Assembly (NCBI GenBank): GCA_010093815.1
Contig: ML996572.1
Length of the DNA: 64,000 nucleotides
Strand: one strand, 5' to 3'
Source of the DNA: Pseudovirgaria hyperparasitica
Taxonomy: Eukaryota
Position 1 is the first letter of the stretch, and the number at the start of each line of letters is the position of its first letter. This document shows, piece by piece, positions 49,638 to 61,673 of the stretch. The position numbers were made by a program, and so were the translations under genes. The notes beneath the pieces are model-generated. The model was not told the DNA's origin. It did no database searches and saw only the letters and a program-made list of their open reading frames with translations.

Positions 49638-52375
49638 CTAGTAGCGCTCGATCATCCATACTCTTCTGTTCTCTTCAGTCATATCAGCGAGGAGCTTCAG
49701 CTCGACCTTCTTCATTGCCAGATAGTCTGCGGTGAATGGCGCTGGCAAAGCCTCTCTCAGGTCTGTATCGTCCTCGAGAGCTCTGTGGGCCTCACGAATG
49801 TCCACTGGCATCTTTTTATGAATGTTGTAACTTTTAAGTTGCTCAGCCGACAATTGACTCGGATTACCTGCAATTGGCAGTCAGTTTAGGGAATATTGCA
49901 GGATGACCCTAGCGAAACTCACTAGAACAGTCTCGTGGCAGGTCCTCTGTAGACTGGGCATACATCAGGCCAAGCAAGCCAGCTCCGAGTATGGCTGATA
50001 CTGCCAGATACATGTTCGCCATACCGTCTATGCATCTGACTTCCCATCTACCCTTGTCCACACGTCGAAGCGGGGTTTCACAATTCTGGGTACCCCATGA
50101 CACCCAGGTACCACCAGTCCATTGATTATCCACGGCTCGACGGTAGCTGACTTCCTCAGGCATTGTAATTGCGCATAGGGCATCTATATGATTCAGAACA
50201 CCGCCGACCCAGAATCGTAGTTCATCATATGTCGGCGTCATGGAGATATGCGCATGTGCTGCGGTCCTGATACCAGGAAGAGGCGACGGATAGAGAGTGG
50301 CTCGTAGGTTGTGTGTAGATGCGATCTGATGTATCACAAGGCGGGCCTGGATCAAAGCATCGATGGCTGCCAGGGGGGGCAAAGGCTCAAGCACAAACTC
50401 GAATTGACCTCGACCAGCCTTAGCGTGGAATTGTTGCACTCCGATGTCAAGATCGGACAGATTCTCCGCGATCTCGGCGAGGAGAGGTATCGCAAGCCAC
50501 TGCTCAGAGGACAGCGTACTCCAGGCATGAGTTGTTGTGATCGGTTCGAACGGGTCGTTTGCGTCATTGGTACGCCTGAGCAATGTGGCCTCTATCTTAA
50601 AGCTGATGAATAGACTTATTGCATATCTGACTGATAGACTGTCCACGATCGTTTGTAAGCCAGTCCGAGGGCATTTCTTGACGGGGTTACCGTCACAATC
50701 TCGCCAGAAACCAAGAACCATAGCTGCGGATAGTGGGTCTTTGTTATGACAGCGGCGCAACGTAGATAGGTCAGGCTCAACATATATCTGGTCAATCTTA
50801 TTGACAGTTGGGGTCATCTCATCGTTCTGCAGCGTTCCAGTATGACCCAGTGAGATGCCGATCCTGCCATCAGATCTAACAAGATGTTCGAACGAAGCGA
50901 CGGGAAGGACCCGCATTCGCATCGTGCCCATATAATCTAGCCATTGGACGTAGACAAACTTAATGCTGGCGTGTTTCTTGAGAAACCTGTCCATTATGTT
51001 GACTCTAAAACTCTCCTTGCGCAGCTTTGGTTGTAGCGTTAGTGCTTGTGGCAGGCTTCTTACGCGATCCTGAAGGTCTACTTGGTATTGAAGGTCATAT
51101 AAAGTATTACTGTTGTTGAACAGGATATCCATAGCCAAGGTTATAGCTTCGAAAATGTCTAAAAGTCCTGAATTTACATTAGCGAGCAAGACCTGTACAA
51201 TGCCGTCAGTAGAGAGTCTGATTGTATATTACTTCGATTCGGGTCAAGGTTCGTACCACCTCCAAAGCCTCACGAAATTGCATGTTCGCTAGCCAAAAAG
51301 TCTCTGGGAACCAATGTCCGTCGGTCGAATACAGCAACTTCGATCCAGGAACGACTTCCAAGGCCTGGTGTAGAATGGATATCTGACCATCTCGACTGAC
51401 CATCGGGAAAACCAGACCCAGATCTAAGAAACAATTTTTATAGACAGTGGACAACCACCCAGCCTCACGAGTATAGGGATAGGCGGAATGGAGGAGTACG
51501 AATGGTATGTTGGGGTACTGCTCAATGAGAGGTTGTAGAAATGCAGGATTTGACCTCAGCAGACTGATGTCGGCATCACCCAGCCCTGTGTGGAATTGTA
51601 CTGGTTTCGTCAGCTGGCCGTACGGTGCTTGTTCCGAGATGATCTCGAGTAGCTTCAAGACGACGAAATCGTTTACAATCTTTCTTTGTATCCTGAATTT
51701 TCTCTTTCGGATACAGCGTACAATATAGTGCTCAAAGGGCTTGCCGATGTTCAGCAAGCACTCATTGTAGTCTGGCTCAACATCAAGACCAGTGCGGTAG
51801 CATACGACGGACTTGAAAGCTATAACATCTGGATCTTTGGTAGCAGTCATGATCTCGGCCTCTAAGCGATCCGTGAAGAGAGCCCACGTGTCGATGAGAA
51901 ACTCGGGCGCCTCGAGGTTCCTTTCGCTGGCATTGCACAAAAGGTCTTGTATAATGTGCTCAGCAACTGCTTCAATCCGAAGAATACGTTTAGTTGGTGC
52001 CTCTGTTAGGCGGTCGTGCCAACTGAAGGGGTGAACTTTTTCAGGAGCGCCAAGTCCGTCATCCATCAGAATTGCATAGGTTCCATGGAAACATTTCTTC
52101 CATAAAGCATCAGGCTCATGTTGAAGCAATTCAGCACGTCTTTTAAGAATGTCTTCCCAGTCGGCGGTGTGCTTGCAGCCGTATAGCTGTCGGAGTTGCT
52201 TCCTTGCTCGCAGATGCGGCAAAGAGGTGAATGTATGCTTCAGAGCGGACCCCTCAGCTTCGGTAGTAATAGACTCGAATGGTTCTAGGTCCAGAAATTC
52301 AGGACGGAGGAGGTTGTGGGCGTGGTTGTCGATCAGCGGACAATTGCGTACTGTCCGGGATAAAACGTCCGTCAT
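49638..52375 (-). CDS. fluG: FluG-family protein (amidohydrolase + glutamine-synthetase-like domain); 3 exons
   Basis: PLIDNHAHNL, FKSVVCYRTGL, QFHTGLGD, LLHSAYPYTREAG, YSTDG; then QWLDYMG, GQFEFVL, AHAHIS, WGTQN, WEVRCIDGMANMY, ending IERY. Confidence 0.92.
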
Positions 52376-53382
52376 ATATACAGCAGAAGTGGCCCGATGA
52401 TAATAATACTGTGCTGAGAATGTTCTGCAAGGAAGAAGGAAAGTTGATGGGGACCTCAGCCTCTCAACTGCGTCTGATAGCCTACCTATAAGATCTTTGA
52501 TGGAGCTAGGTAGCCTACGTATCACCCGTCTCCTCAGCTGCAATTTCAAGGCAAGGAAGCCCAAGGGCCAGAACCAGGCAGTGGTGCCCACCGTCCCTGC
52601 TAATGGTCGCCAGGCGGCTTCTAGTTTGTGCTTCCATCGATATACATTTGTCCGCACAGGGCTTTAGGATCATGCTCGCTGTCTACAATGGAGTCAAACG
52701 AAGATTGTAACGACAGTGTGTATACGGGGATTATGCCTCCCAGGCTACGATATGCTCATTGACGAAGTCAGCATGAAAATCAGAAGAGACGGGGCATTCA
52801 TGAGGAAGTTGGCGGCAGATGATATCATGCCAAGTGAAGAATAGGTATCATGATGGTGTATGGTGTGGTGTCATAATTATAGTCGAGACAATGGAGAATG
52901 ATACACCTGATTCGGCCAAGCGTGCCAAGAGTGGGTGGCATGCAGCTGTCCCGAAGTTCCCCCGGATAAGGCACAAAGACTTTCAGGCTGTACAGCATCA
53001 AGGCATCAAGGCATCAAGGCTACCAATTAGCCCATCGTCAGTCACCTTGCTGTTTGCCCGCTCTCTCGGGCTCTGTGCACATTCGATACCGACTTCATCG
53101 CACATCCTCTCCCAGCGTGCTCTCGAAAACTCACCTCTCCTCTCCCCAGGCCTCGTTCTCTCTCCTCAATATAAATACATGTATGTTGCCTCCATCCTCG
53201 CACCCCCTCCCCCCCTTAGTATTTCTGCCCCATCGCATCGCGCACCCACCGCCTCACAACAGTTGACTTCACGCGATCATGTCAATCGCTATCGTATTGC
53301 ATCTCCCTACTGTCAGAACCATGCTGTGCCCTATGCAAGATGCTAATGTTCATCTACCGCAGTACTTTATATTCGTTCCAAG

Positions 53383-55427
53383 ATGCCTGCCATGCTCGAT
53401 GACCCGACTGCCCCAGTCATTGCGCGTGTCTCTGGACAGAGTCCGATGCAGATGCCTGGTGCCCCGCTGCCCGACCATATAGTCCCACGCCAAGTTATAC
53501 TGCGAGATCGAGTGACCACAGCAACTCTCATCCCGTTCTCTGCCCCAGAGCAAGTGCCCTTCTCGTTGCTGCAATATCTGAATGATCAGTTCAACAAAGA
53601 GATAGAGATAGGCGATACATATCCCATGATTACGCCCCTCCCCCTTGATGTCTTTGGCACATATTGGTTTGGCAACTTCGGAGCAGTCATGCTCGTCGGT
53701 GAAATTGTGAGCCACGACCAAGTCCACGACATGGCCCGAAACGGTTGTGATTGGGACAAGTACTGTCTGGGCAGCTTCTATATCAAACCTAACTATGTAG
53801 GCCGATCCAGCCACGTCTGTAATGGTGGATTTGTGGTTCTTCCTGCTGCTCGAAACAGAGGCGTTGGTAGACTTATGGGCGAAGGATATCTGGAGTGGGC
53901 ACCGAAGCTTGTTAGTCGATCTCGAACAGAAGCTATTAGACTTTCACTAACACGCTAAAGGGGTATACATACTCTGTTTTCAACCTCGTGTATGAAACGA
54001 ACGTGGCTTCATGTCGCATATGGGATGCCCTTGGCTTCAAGCGAATCGGCCGCGTGAAGGGCTGCGGTAATCTAAAGTCATATCCGGACGAATATGTCGA
54101 CGCAATCATTTACGGGCGTGACCTCGGTATGGACGAGGATTCGGCCTCAGAAGAGCGCTTCGACAAGATCAAATACTACCTAAAGCACGGCAAATACCCT
54201 AATGGAGCTGACCGTGCCGAGAAAAGTCGCCTGCGTAGCGCCGCAACGCATTACAAGCTTATTCCGGCCACGAACGCGGAGCCCGAGCGACTGATGCTGA
54301 AAGGGAAGGAAGTTATATCTGATCCTCAGAGACAATACGAGATTGCAAGACAGATTCATATGCAAAACCACGGAGGCATCAACAAATCAACCGCGTCAAT
54401 CGCCGAACGATATCATTGGGTCCGCATTAAGGAGACGGTGAGTGCTGTCATCAAGAACTGTGGAGAGTGCAGTGATGCGTCCAAAAATGCCGCGAAGCCC
54501 GAATCTTCAGGTCGCCGTAAGAGCAAAGGCCCTGAAGCTGAAGCGACACCGACCAAGAATGTAATCCAGCAGCCGCAAACCCCAGCTACATTTTCTGGTG
54601 TCACACAGGCGGACTATCGGAATCACTTTGCCACACCTCAAACCGCTCCTCCACAGATGCATCAGGATCCCAATCTACAAGCCGTAATGCAGTATAACAC
54701 GACTACTCAGCGTGATGTACCTCTAGATCCTAGACTGACTTTAGTGTCTGACATGCGGGGTATGCCGACGCATTTCACTCAGTCCTTAATTGCGCCCGTA
54801 CCGCAAATGGTAGTCCCAGCCTCATCTCGCGAGGTCCAGAGCATTCAGCCGACTTCCCAACAACAGATGCACAGCCAAGGATTTATTCAGCTTCAGCCTC
54901 AACCTCAGACTCAGCATGAGTCACTAGAGCACAACAACAGAGTCCGTCCCACCAAGCAGCAACACCAGCAACACCAGCACCAGCAGCACCAGCAGCACCA
55001 GCAGCAACACCAGCAGCACCAGCAGCAACACCAGCAGCACCAGCAGCAACACCAGCAGCACCAGCAGCACCAGCAGCAACACCAGCAACACCAGCAACAC
55101 CAGCAACAACACCAGCACCAGCAGCATCATCAACACCAGCAACAACATCAGCAGCAACAACACCAGCAGCAACAACACCAGCACCAGCAACACCAGCATC
55201 AGCAACAGACTCCAGCTGGGGACAGGGTCGCCAGCCCCTCCACGCAGTTGCTTCAAGAGCAAGAGAGCACATCTGTAGATTCATCTAGCTACTCTAATTT
55301 CTCTACCGTAATCGCTGCACCAACAAATTTACGGAAACGTGAGAGGCAGTTGGTAGCAGAGACGTCAACAACTGGGGATGACACTGCATTAGGAGGACGA
55401 GCGACGAGAAAGCGAAGGGCAAAGTAA
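53383..55427 (+). CDS. SPT10: Spt10-like GNAT acetyltransferase with integrase-type H2C2 zinc-binding domain and Q/H tract; 2 exons
   Basis: CLGSFYIKPNYVGRSSHVCNGGF, RNRGVGRLMG, YSVFNLVYETN..WDALGF; HMQNHGGINK..YHWVRIKETV..CGEC. Confidence 0.9.
54957..55208 (+). repeat. Coding CAG/CAA/CAC/CAT repeat encoding an 84-residue Gln/His tract
   Basis: Read directly from the sequence; in frame with SPT10. Confidence 0.95.
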
Positions 55428-55903
55428 TGAGGTGTGCGTATCAAGATTATGAGATGCGCCAATGGAATTTTAACTGTTTATATGTATGCATATAAGCCGA
55501 TTAGGCAAAGTGTAGCGCCTTTTGTCCAGTGGGTCAATAATCATCTTATATACCCCTATTTATCTTATAAGAGGGATCAGGTGCGTAGCATCAGACCATC
55601 CGCCGTGAACTTCCGTCAGTTCGTTCGGTAGTAGAGCAGAATCACGTACTTTGGATTACACTATGATGCTGCCGCAGTAGTGCAACTTGGTCTCCTGCTT
55701 TAGAAACGTTAAAGCATTGTGTGCCTTAAAGCACACCCCTTAACGCGCTCTACGTTGAATGCGCCGATCATACACATACTCAGCATCACCACATGATCTG
55801 AGATCCTCTGGATTATGGTATGTTTTCGTTCGCGGGTTTTGCCTCGCTCACACACGTCACGACCGACGAATGTGACCAAGCAGTATTTCCAATAAGCGTT
55901 ATC

Positions 55904-56866
55904 CTACAGCTTTGAATTGATCCTCCCATTCTCGTATACTCTCGCAGACATCAGCTTCTCCAGGCTCCTCATATCTACCTCCACAACAGCCCCTTCGCTC
56001 GCCCCTTTGACTCGCTCCAGCACCACTTCCTGACAGTCCTCATTCGCAATCCCGTTTGCATACTGCACCACCACAAAGTCCACACTCTTGTCCCCCAACA
56101 CTACCATTGGTGCATGCCACGTACCTGGCCCATACGTCACCGCCTGGTTTCCCCTCGCAATGAACGCCTTGATGTTGCCCAGGTCCGGCATTCCTCGGCC
56201 TTTCGGGTTACCTGATAGATTGAGTTCCATATCTATGGCTGGTGACGGTGGGGGAAGGGAGTCATTTGTGAAGGGCGCGGGACGTCCGAGTTTGAAGCGT
56301 TCAACGAGAGTGGGTTTGTGAGCTGGCTCAGCAGAAGGGTAGGGTTTGGGTAGAGTGGTGGAGTAGCGTTGTCTGCGAGAAGGTAGAGTCGGAGCTACGA
56401 TTACGAGATAGTATGTGTGTAGAGATGAGGACGAGCATGTAGACTTTGTGGGCAGGCCCATGGGGATGAAGGTCTGAGGCGTGTACGGATGCCGCTCGAG
56501 GATCGAGACGTCAAAGAGCTGGACCGTCTCACCTTGTGAGGGCGAACTGAACCCGTCAAGCTCGTCCTCGGTAGGCGTAGATGCTGCAGGTGCCGTACGT
56601 AGTCGCCGCGGCGCGCAGACGAACATGTTTATCACTGCTTTTGCTGGTCGCTTGCTTCCTGCCAGCGGGTAGTGATTGTTGAGATTGGTCACATCGAGAT
56701 ATTTTATGGCAGTGCCTTGATTTGCATGAACAGACTGAGGTAGGAGAGTCGCGGGAGAGGGCGATGTTAGAGGATTCTCGATCACAGTGCCGAAGGGTGC
56801 GAACGCGGAGTGTGTGAGGGGAGATATCGAGATGCGATGAGGCGGGGAGCGGACTTTGGAGGGCAT
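55904..56866 (-). CDS. DAL3: Ureidoglycolate lyase with C-terminal PTS1 (SKL)
   Basis: PLTHSAFAPFGTVIE, ANQGTA, ILERHPYTPQTFIPM, YLVIVAP, QAVTYGPGTWHAPM. Confidence 0.93.
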   Translation of the reverse strand: MPSKVRSPPHRISISPLTHSAFAPFGTVIENPLTSPSPATLLPQSVHANQGTAIKYLDVTNLNNHYPLAGSKRPAKAVINMFVCAPRRLRTAPAASTPTEDELDGFSSPSQGETVQLFDVSILERHPYTPQTFIPMGLPTKSTCSSSSLHTYYLVIVAPTLPSRRQRYSTTLPKPYPSAEPAHKPTLVERFKLGRPAPFTNDSLPPPSPAIDMELNLSGNPKGRGMPDLGNIKAFIARGNQAVTYGPGTWHAPMVVLGDKSVDFVVVQYANGIANEDCQEVVLERVKGASEGAVVEVDMRSLEKLMSARVYENGRINSKL

Positions 56867-57133
56867 GATGAAGTCGAGTGATAGAATACAGTACAAATTA
56901 GATAGAAATCACATTTAGAGGACGTAATTGTAAGAGAGATAAGGTTCTACTTGTGTAGAACTATCAACCTTGCTATCGTCATCCAAACAAGCTCATGGAC
57001 GGTGTTGAGGGGCACGACATACCCGACTAGGACCCGTAGCCGTCCACTCTATTAGCTCTAACATGAGCTGTCCAAGACCTTGAACATCCTGCGCTTTGCG
57101 GTGTCTTCGTGTGGCTGAACGCGACCAGTCAGT

Positions 57134-58492
57134 ATGACTGAAGAGGAGGAGCCGTCGTATATCGACTACGACTCATTCCTCGGTCCCTCATTCTCGGCGA
57201 CAGCTTTCGCCAATACCCTTGTTCTAGCCACGAATAATCCTTCTGACACACCACTCGACCTTTCAACTCCCCTCTCCCGAGTTCTCTTCGACGTACAAGA
57301 GATAGACACCCATATCGACACGTTAACGACAAAATTTGCGCTTCCACTTCTGCAGCACACGCGAGAACATGCCGAGTCAAGCGGACGTATATTACACGAA
57401 GTGGAAGGTCAGGTAGCGAGCCTGACACAATCATATAAAACACTCGAGATAGAAGTGACCGAGCGTTACGAGTCGGCAGAGGAAGTGCGCATCACCGCAG
57501 AGAGACTATGTGAAGCTGTCAAGATGGGCCGGGGTGTAGCTCGTAGCCTTATGCTTGGACGACAGCTCGAAGTCCAAATGTCAGAGTTTCAAGGTCTACC
57601 AACAAGGCGAGAAGATCACAGGGCTATGGTGCGGGCTGCAAACACGCTGCTCTCCCTCCGATACATATTCCAAGCAAACATGCCAGGGGGAGAAGGAGAG
57701 GGCCTGGACAGAGTGACTGCCATCAGTACCCTCAAGATGGATCTAGTGCGTATAGCAGAGAACAAAATTGTGATGCGTTCGACAGAGATCGTAAGAGCTT
57801 TTTCAATGTCTTCCCTGTTGGCATCTACTGCATCTCAAGACGGAACATCGGCCTCCAATTTTTCTCAAACCGAAGATACTAAGTCGCGAGCAACTTCAGC
57901 TCTAATCTGCCTCTACCTGTTGTCTCCAACCACCTCGGCGACTACCGTCGCGACGTTTGAACCAACACTGCTAGTAAGCGCTCTTGAAGACTTCATCCAA
58001 ACAGGTTTGAAGTCATCCCTGGCCTCCATTGCGAGAGCTCTAGCGACTCTCCCTACTCTTGACCGGACACTACTTGAAGTTTCTGCGCGCTGTCAAAATA
58101 TCGTTGCCCTTGAAGCTTTACTTGCATCCATAAGGCCACCACGACATCCTCTGTTAGAGATCGTGCAGGACTCGAAAGAATCTCCAGTTCCCAATTTTCT
58201 AGACTCGCTTCTTCATAGCTTGGATACTTCGTCTCTTCCTTCGTTCTTTTGGAGGTCTCTGGCCTCCAGCCTCTCTCCTCGCGTACAGGAGATCATGCAC
58301 CGAGGGGGTGTATCCGCCCGAACGTTACGCTCAAATAGAGACAGGGTCAAGGATTCTATACGGGAGTGCGTCAATCGTGGATCTCAACTTCCAGCCAGTA
58401 GCCTCAGCAAAAATAATGTGGCACCTTCTGGAAGCTGGGAGCGTGAGGCAGCCGTCATGGTCGGTTCCGTTATGGGCGTTCTCGGAAGGTAA
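57134..58492 (+). CDS. COG5: Conserved oligomeric Golgi complex subunit 5 (intronless)
   Basis: YIDYDSFLGPSFSATAFANTLVLATNNPSDTPLDLSTPLSRVLFDVQEID; C-terminal WEREAAVMVGS. Confidence 0.88.
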   Translation: MTEEEEPSYIDYDSFLGPSFSATAFANTLVLATNNPSDTPLDLSTPLSRVLFDVQEIDTHIDTLTTKFALPLLQHTREHAESSGRILHEVEGQVASLTQSYKTLEIEVTERYESAEEVRITAERLCEAVKMGRGVARSLMLGRQLEVQMSEFQGLPTRREDHRAMVRAANTLLSLRYIFQANMPGGEGEGLDRVTAISTLKMDLVRIAENKIVMRSTEIVRAFSMSSLLASTASQDGTSASNFSQTEDTKSRATSALICLYLLSPTTSATTVATFEPTLLVSALEDFIQTGLKSSLASIARALATLPTLDRTLLEVSARCQNIVALEALLASIRPPRHPLLEIVQDSKESPVPNFLDSLLHSLDTSSLPSFFWRSLASSLSPRVQEIMHRGGVSARTLRSNRDRVKDSIRECVNRGSQLPASSLSKNNVAPSGSWEREAAVMVGSVMGVLGR

Positions 58493-59782
58493 ACGTGACT
58501 CTTGAGCCTTGGGTGCTATGAAGATGCAACCCTATATATATACCAGACCCAGAATGTCTGTGTAAGTGATTGCCTGACAGTAGAAGAAGTAGCCATGAAC
58601 GGCACTTGCGTCCTGCCAACGAAACATACTCGTCTGTCACAAATGCGCCTCGCTGCACTCGAGACGATGAGCATTGAGTAACATGGACACATGGTTGCTG
58701 GAGACAGAACTCTTGAAATGACACATCCCTCAATAGTGTATGGCGAACTCAATATCCCACATGTGATATATAGGAGCATTTCACCGCCCATCATTATGAT
58801 GGCTTGCAGTAGTGGACACAGAGCTCTAATTGTTCTCATTGTGTTTCTGATTGACATACCTGTCATGAAATCCGACGACACGGAAGTGATGGTACACAGA
58901 GTTCTCATGCGTCAACAGTGGATCTAAGAATAGCCCGCGCACATGAACTTGACTCGCTCGAAACAGGAGAAGTATCAGACAGGGCCGGTCAAAGCCGGTC
59001 GACGCGATGAACGAACAACTAGCCGTCACTCAAACATACATCAACAAATCCAGCTACTGTATAGAGAGTGGTCGTGGTGAATTAATCACCAAATTAGCAC
59101 TGTAAGGTCTACGTCTACCTACAGTATTACTACCAAACCCTAGTATACCACCTAGGTAGGATCTACAGTGCACCAACTCAACGGTCAACCTAACACGCCC
59201 CGCTAACTTAACACTCACACACACACGGACACCTCAGGTTCTTTCTTTACGACCAGCCCAGGCCCACCTCACTAATTCCTCTCTCGCTTCTTGTCAACTC
59301 TACGCCTTTCCTCTATCACCATCCACCATTCGCCATTCTACTTTCTTGCTTGTCGCCCTTTGCCTTGCCTTCGTCGAGGTTTTCCTCCCCACATTTTCCT
59401 CCTCCAACTTGACTTGTTGCCTCTTTGGCTATCTATTCCACGCGCCGTCCACAGTCTGCCACCGTTTCCAGCACCTTTTCAAGCCCTGTGCCTCGGAACA
59501 AAGACTGCGAATGCAACTCCCTGTCTCTTGATTCGCTCTCTACGCCAAAGAAGCTCCTTTGAGGCCAGCAGGAACTGCAGGAGACTTTCTACGGCTCACA
59601 ATACCTGCGGACGTCCATTCGGATAGCCTACCCAACTGTAAGCACTTCCCCTCCTCCTACATGCTTGCTAGTTGCACTCTTCTTAGCTACCTCTCAGCTG
59701 ACGCTCTTCTTCCGTAGAATATCAAGTCTGCAAAATCTTGAGAATCTGCCTCTTTATTCGTAAATACCGCTCTCATCCTATA

Positions 59783-61673
59783 ATGTCTGCCAGCCACCTC
59801 GCTGGCAACCGGAACAGCACTCCGGAAGCCTCCAATACCAACTTGCGCCTCCCTAGTTCTCGAAGTATCGCCGCCAATCATGCCCTGCGTGCGTCCGCTG
59901 ATATGGGTGCTTACAGCCCCTCTCCCTTGTCTAACCGTGGTCTGCGTCCTTCCTCCGAAGTATACTTCAGTCACACACAGTCCGGGAATCCCGACGAAAT
60001 GGAGCGAGCTGCCCAGCAATGGATTGCAGATATTGACCAATACGAGGATACACTGGAAGAAATGGCAGCTGCAACGTTGGACCAAGACTTCAAGGATGAG
60101 TTGAGCGCTATTGAGCAGTGGTTCAGAGTCCTCAGCGAAGCGGAGCGAACTGCTGCCCTTTATGCTCTTCTCCAGCAGACCACCCAAGTACAGATCCGCT
60201 TCTTCATACAGGTCCTTCAGCAGATGGCCAAGAGTCACCCTATGTCTGGTGTACTCTCGCCAGCCAACTTTGGTGAAAGAGACCCCATGTCTCAGAAGCT
60301 CAACGATGCTATGAGCAAGCTCAATGTTGATTCCTCCCGTAACTCCGTAGGAGTGGTCGGTCGCCCCCCACCATCGCCTGGCGCAGGAGCAAAACGCAAC
60401 TCTCAACTTGATCCGTCAACGATCAACTCCATGTTTCCAGATGCCGCTGCTGCCATTGCGAAGCAAAAGGCCGAGTTTACACAGCATACTGGTGTACCTC
60501 CATCCTCGAACCGAAACAGCGTCATTGATCGTTCATCTCTCGCAGTTCCTAATGTAGCACCCGAAGACACTAGAAAAGAGAACCTCCCTCAACCACCTGC
60601 ATCTCCGTGGGGCCGCAATACCGATTCGCAACAAAGTGGTGTTCGCCCGAAATCTTCATCCAGTCAGCAGCCGATGGGTCAATTCGCGCAGCCACCTCCT
60701 TCTGCCGGCCTCCGGTCCCCTCGTCCGCAAGGAGTTTCTGGAGACTCGAACATTCAGAACACTACATTGAGCGCGGCTGATTCAACCGTTGGAGGCATGC
60801 CTGGCATACTTTCACCTTATGCCGGAAGTGGCAATTGGGCGTCCATGGTTAATACTCCGTTGGTACCAAATTTCCAAGCTCAGGGCAATCACACCGACAT
60901 GGTTGCCAACGCCACAGCCATGAAACTCGCCGCCCTCTCCACTGTCAACAACCGCATCCAGCTTGATGATGTCCGCAAATACCGCCGTACCCGTTCCACT
61001 GAGGGCCAAGGTGGCCTGGCGCCCAATACTGGTGGTTTCCCCAATGCCGGTATGGTCATGAGAGACCAGCTTGGTCAGATCTTGTCACCCCAGCAAGCAG
61101 CGGCCTTGCAAGCACAGCAGCTCGTTGCCTTGCAGGGGCAACGGTCCCGTCCCAATTCGCCAGGAATTGCCATGCAGGGAGGCATTCCCGGTGTCAATCT
61201 CACCTCTCCGCAGAACAATGGGTATCTTGCAGCCTATGACAACCATAATGTCCCTGGAATTAATCTCTCCCAATATGGATTGGCTGTACCCGGTGGATAT
61301 GAAGGATATGTCTCCGATCATTCCGAGATGCAACGGGGTCGCTCGCCTCGTGGACGACGAGGCAGCTCAAAGCCGCCAGAGGACCCAACCGATGTTCAGC
61401 TGTTAGAAGACATCCCTAGCTGGCTCAGAACTCTCCGTCTACACAAATATACCGACAATTTGAAAAGCATGCACTGGACGGAGATGGTTGAGTTGAAGGA
61501 CGAAGACCTTGAAAAGCGAGGTGTTGCGGCTGTGGGTGCTCGTAGAAAGATGCTCAAGGTAAGCGACCAAGATTTATCGTCGTATGATGCAGCTAACATA
61601 TTTTCAGGTCTTCGAGGATGTTTTAAAGAAGAAGAGTGAGGGCAGATACGACATGTACTTAGGGAATCAGTAG
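59783..61673 (+). CDS. VTS1: Vts1/Smaug SAM-domain RNA-binding protein; 2 coding exons
   Basis: [32 protein letters not shown] domain [37 protein letters not shown]. Confidence 0.95.

Noticed and set aside
52376..52657. N-terminal extension of the fluG ORF from an upstream GTG
   Set aside because: FluG similarity begins at MTDVLS (52375); the extension does not look protein-like.
54350..54475. Integrase-like H2C2 motif suggesting a retrotransposon
   Set aside because: It is the normal zinc-binding domain of Spt10; there is no integrase core, RT or LTR.
54883..55284. Minus-strand poly-Leu/Val and poly-Ala/Gly ORFs
   Set aside because: Antisense shadows of the SPT10 Q/H repeat.
58470..59029. 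Short ORFs between COG5 and VTS1
   Set aside because: No homology cues and no consistent exon chain could be built.
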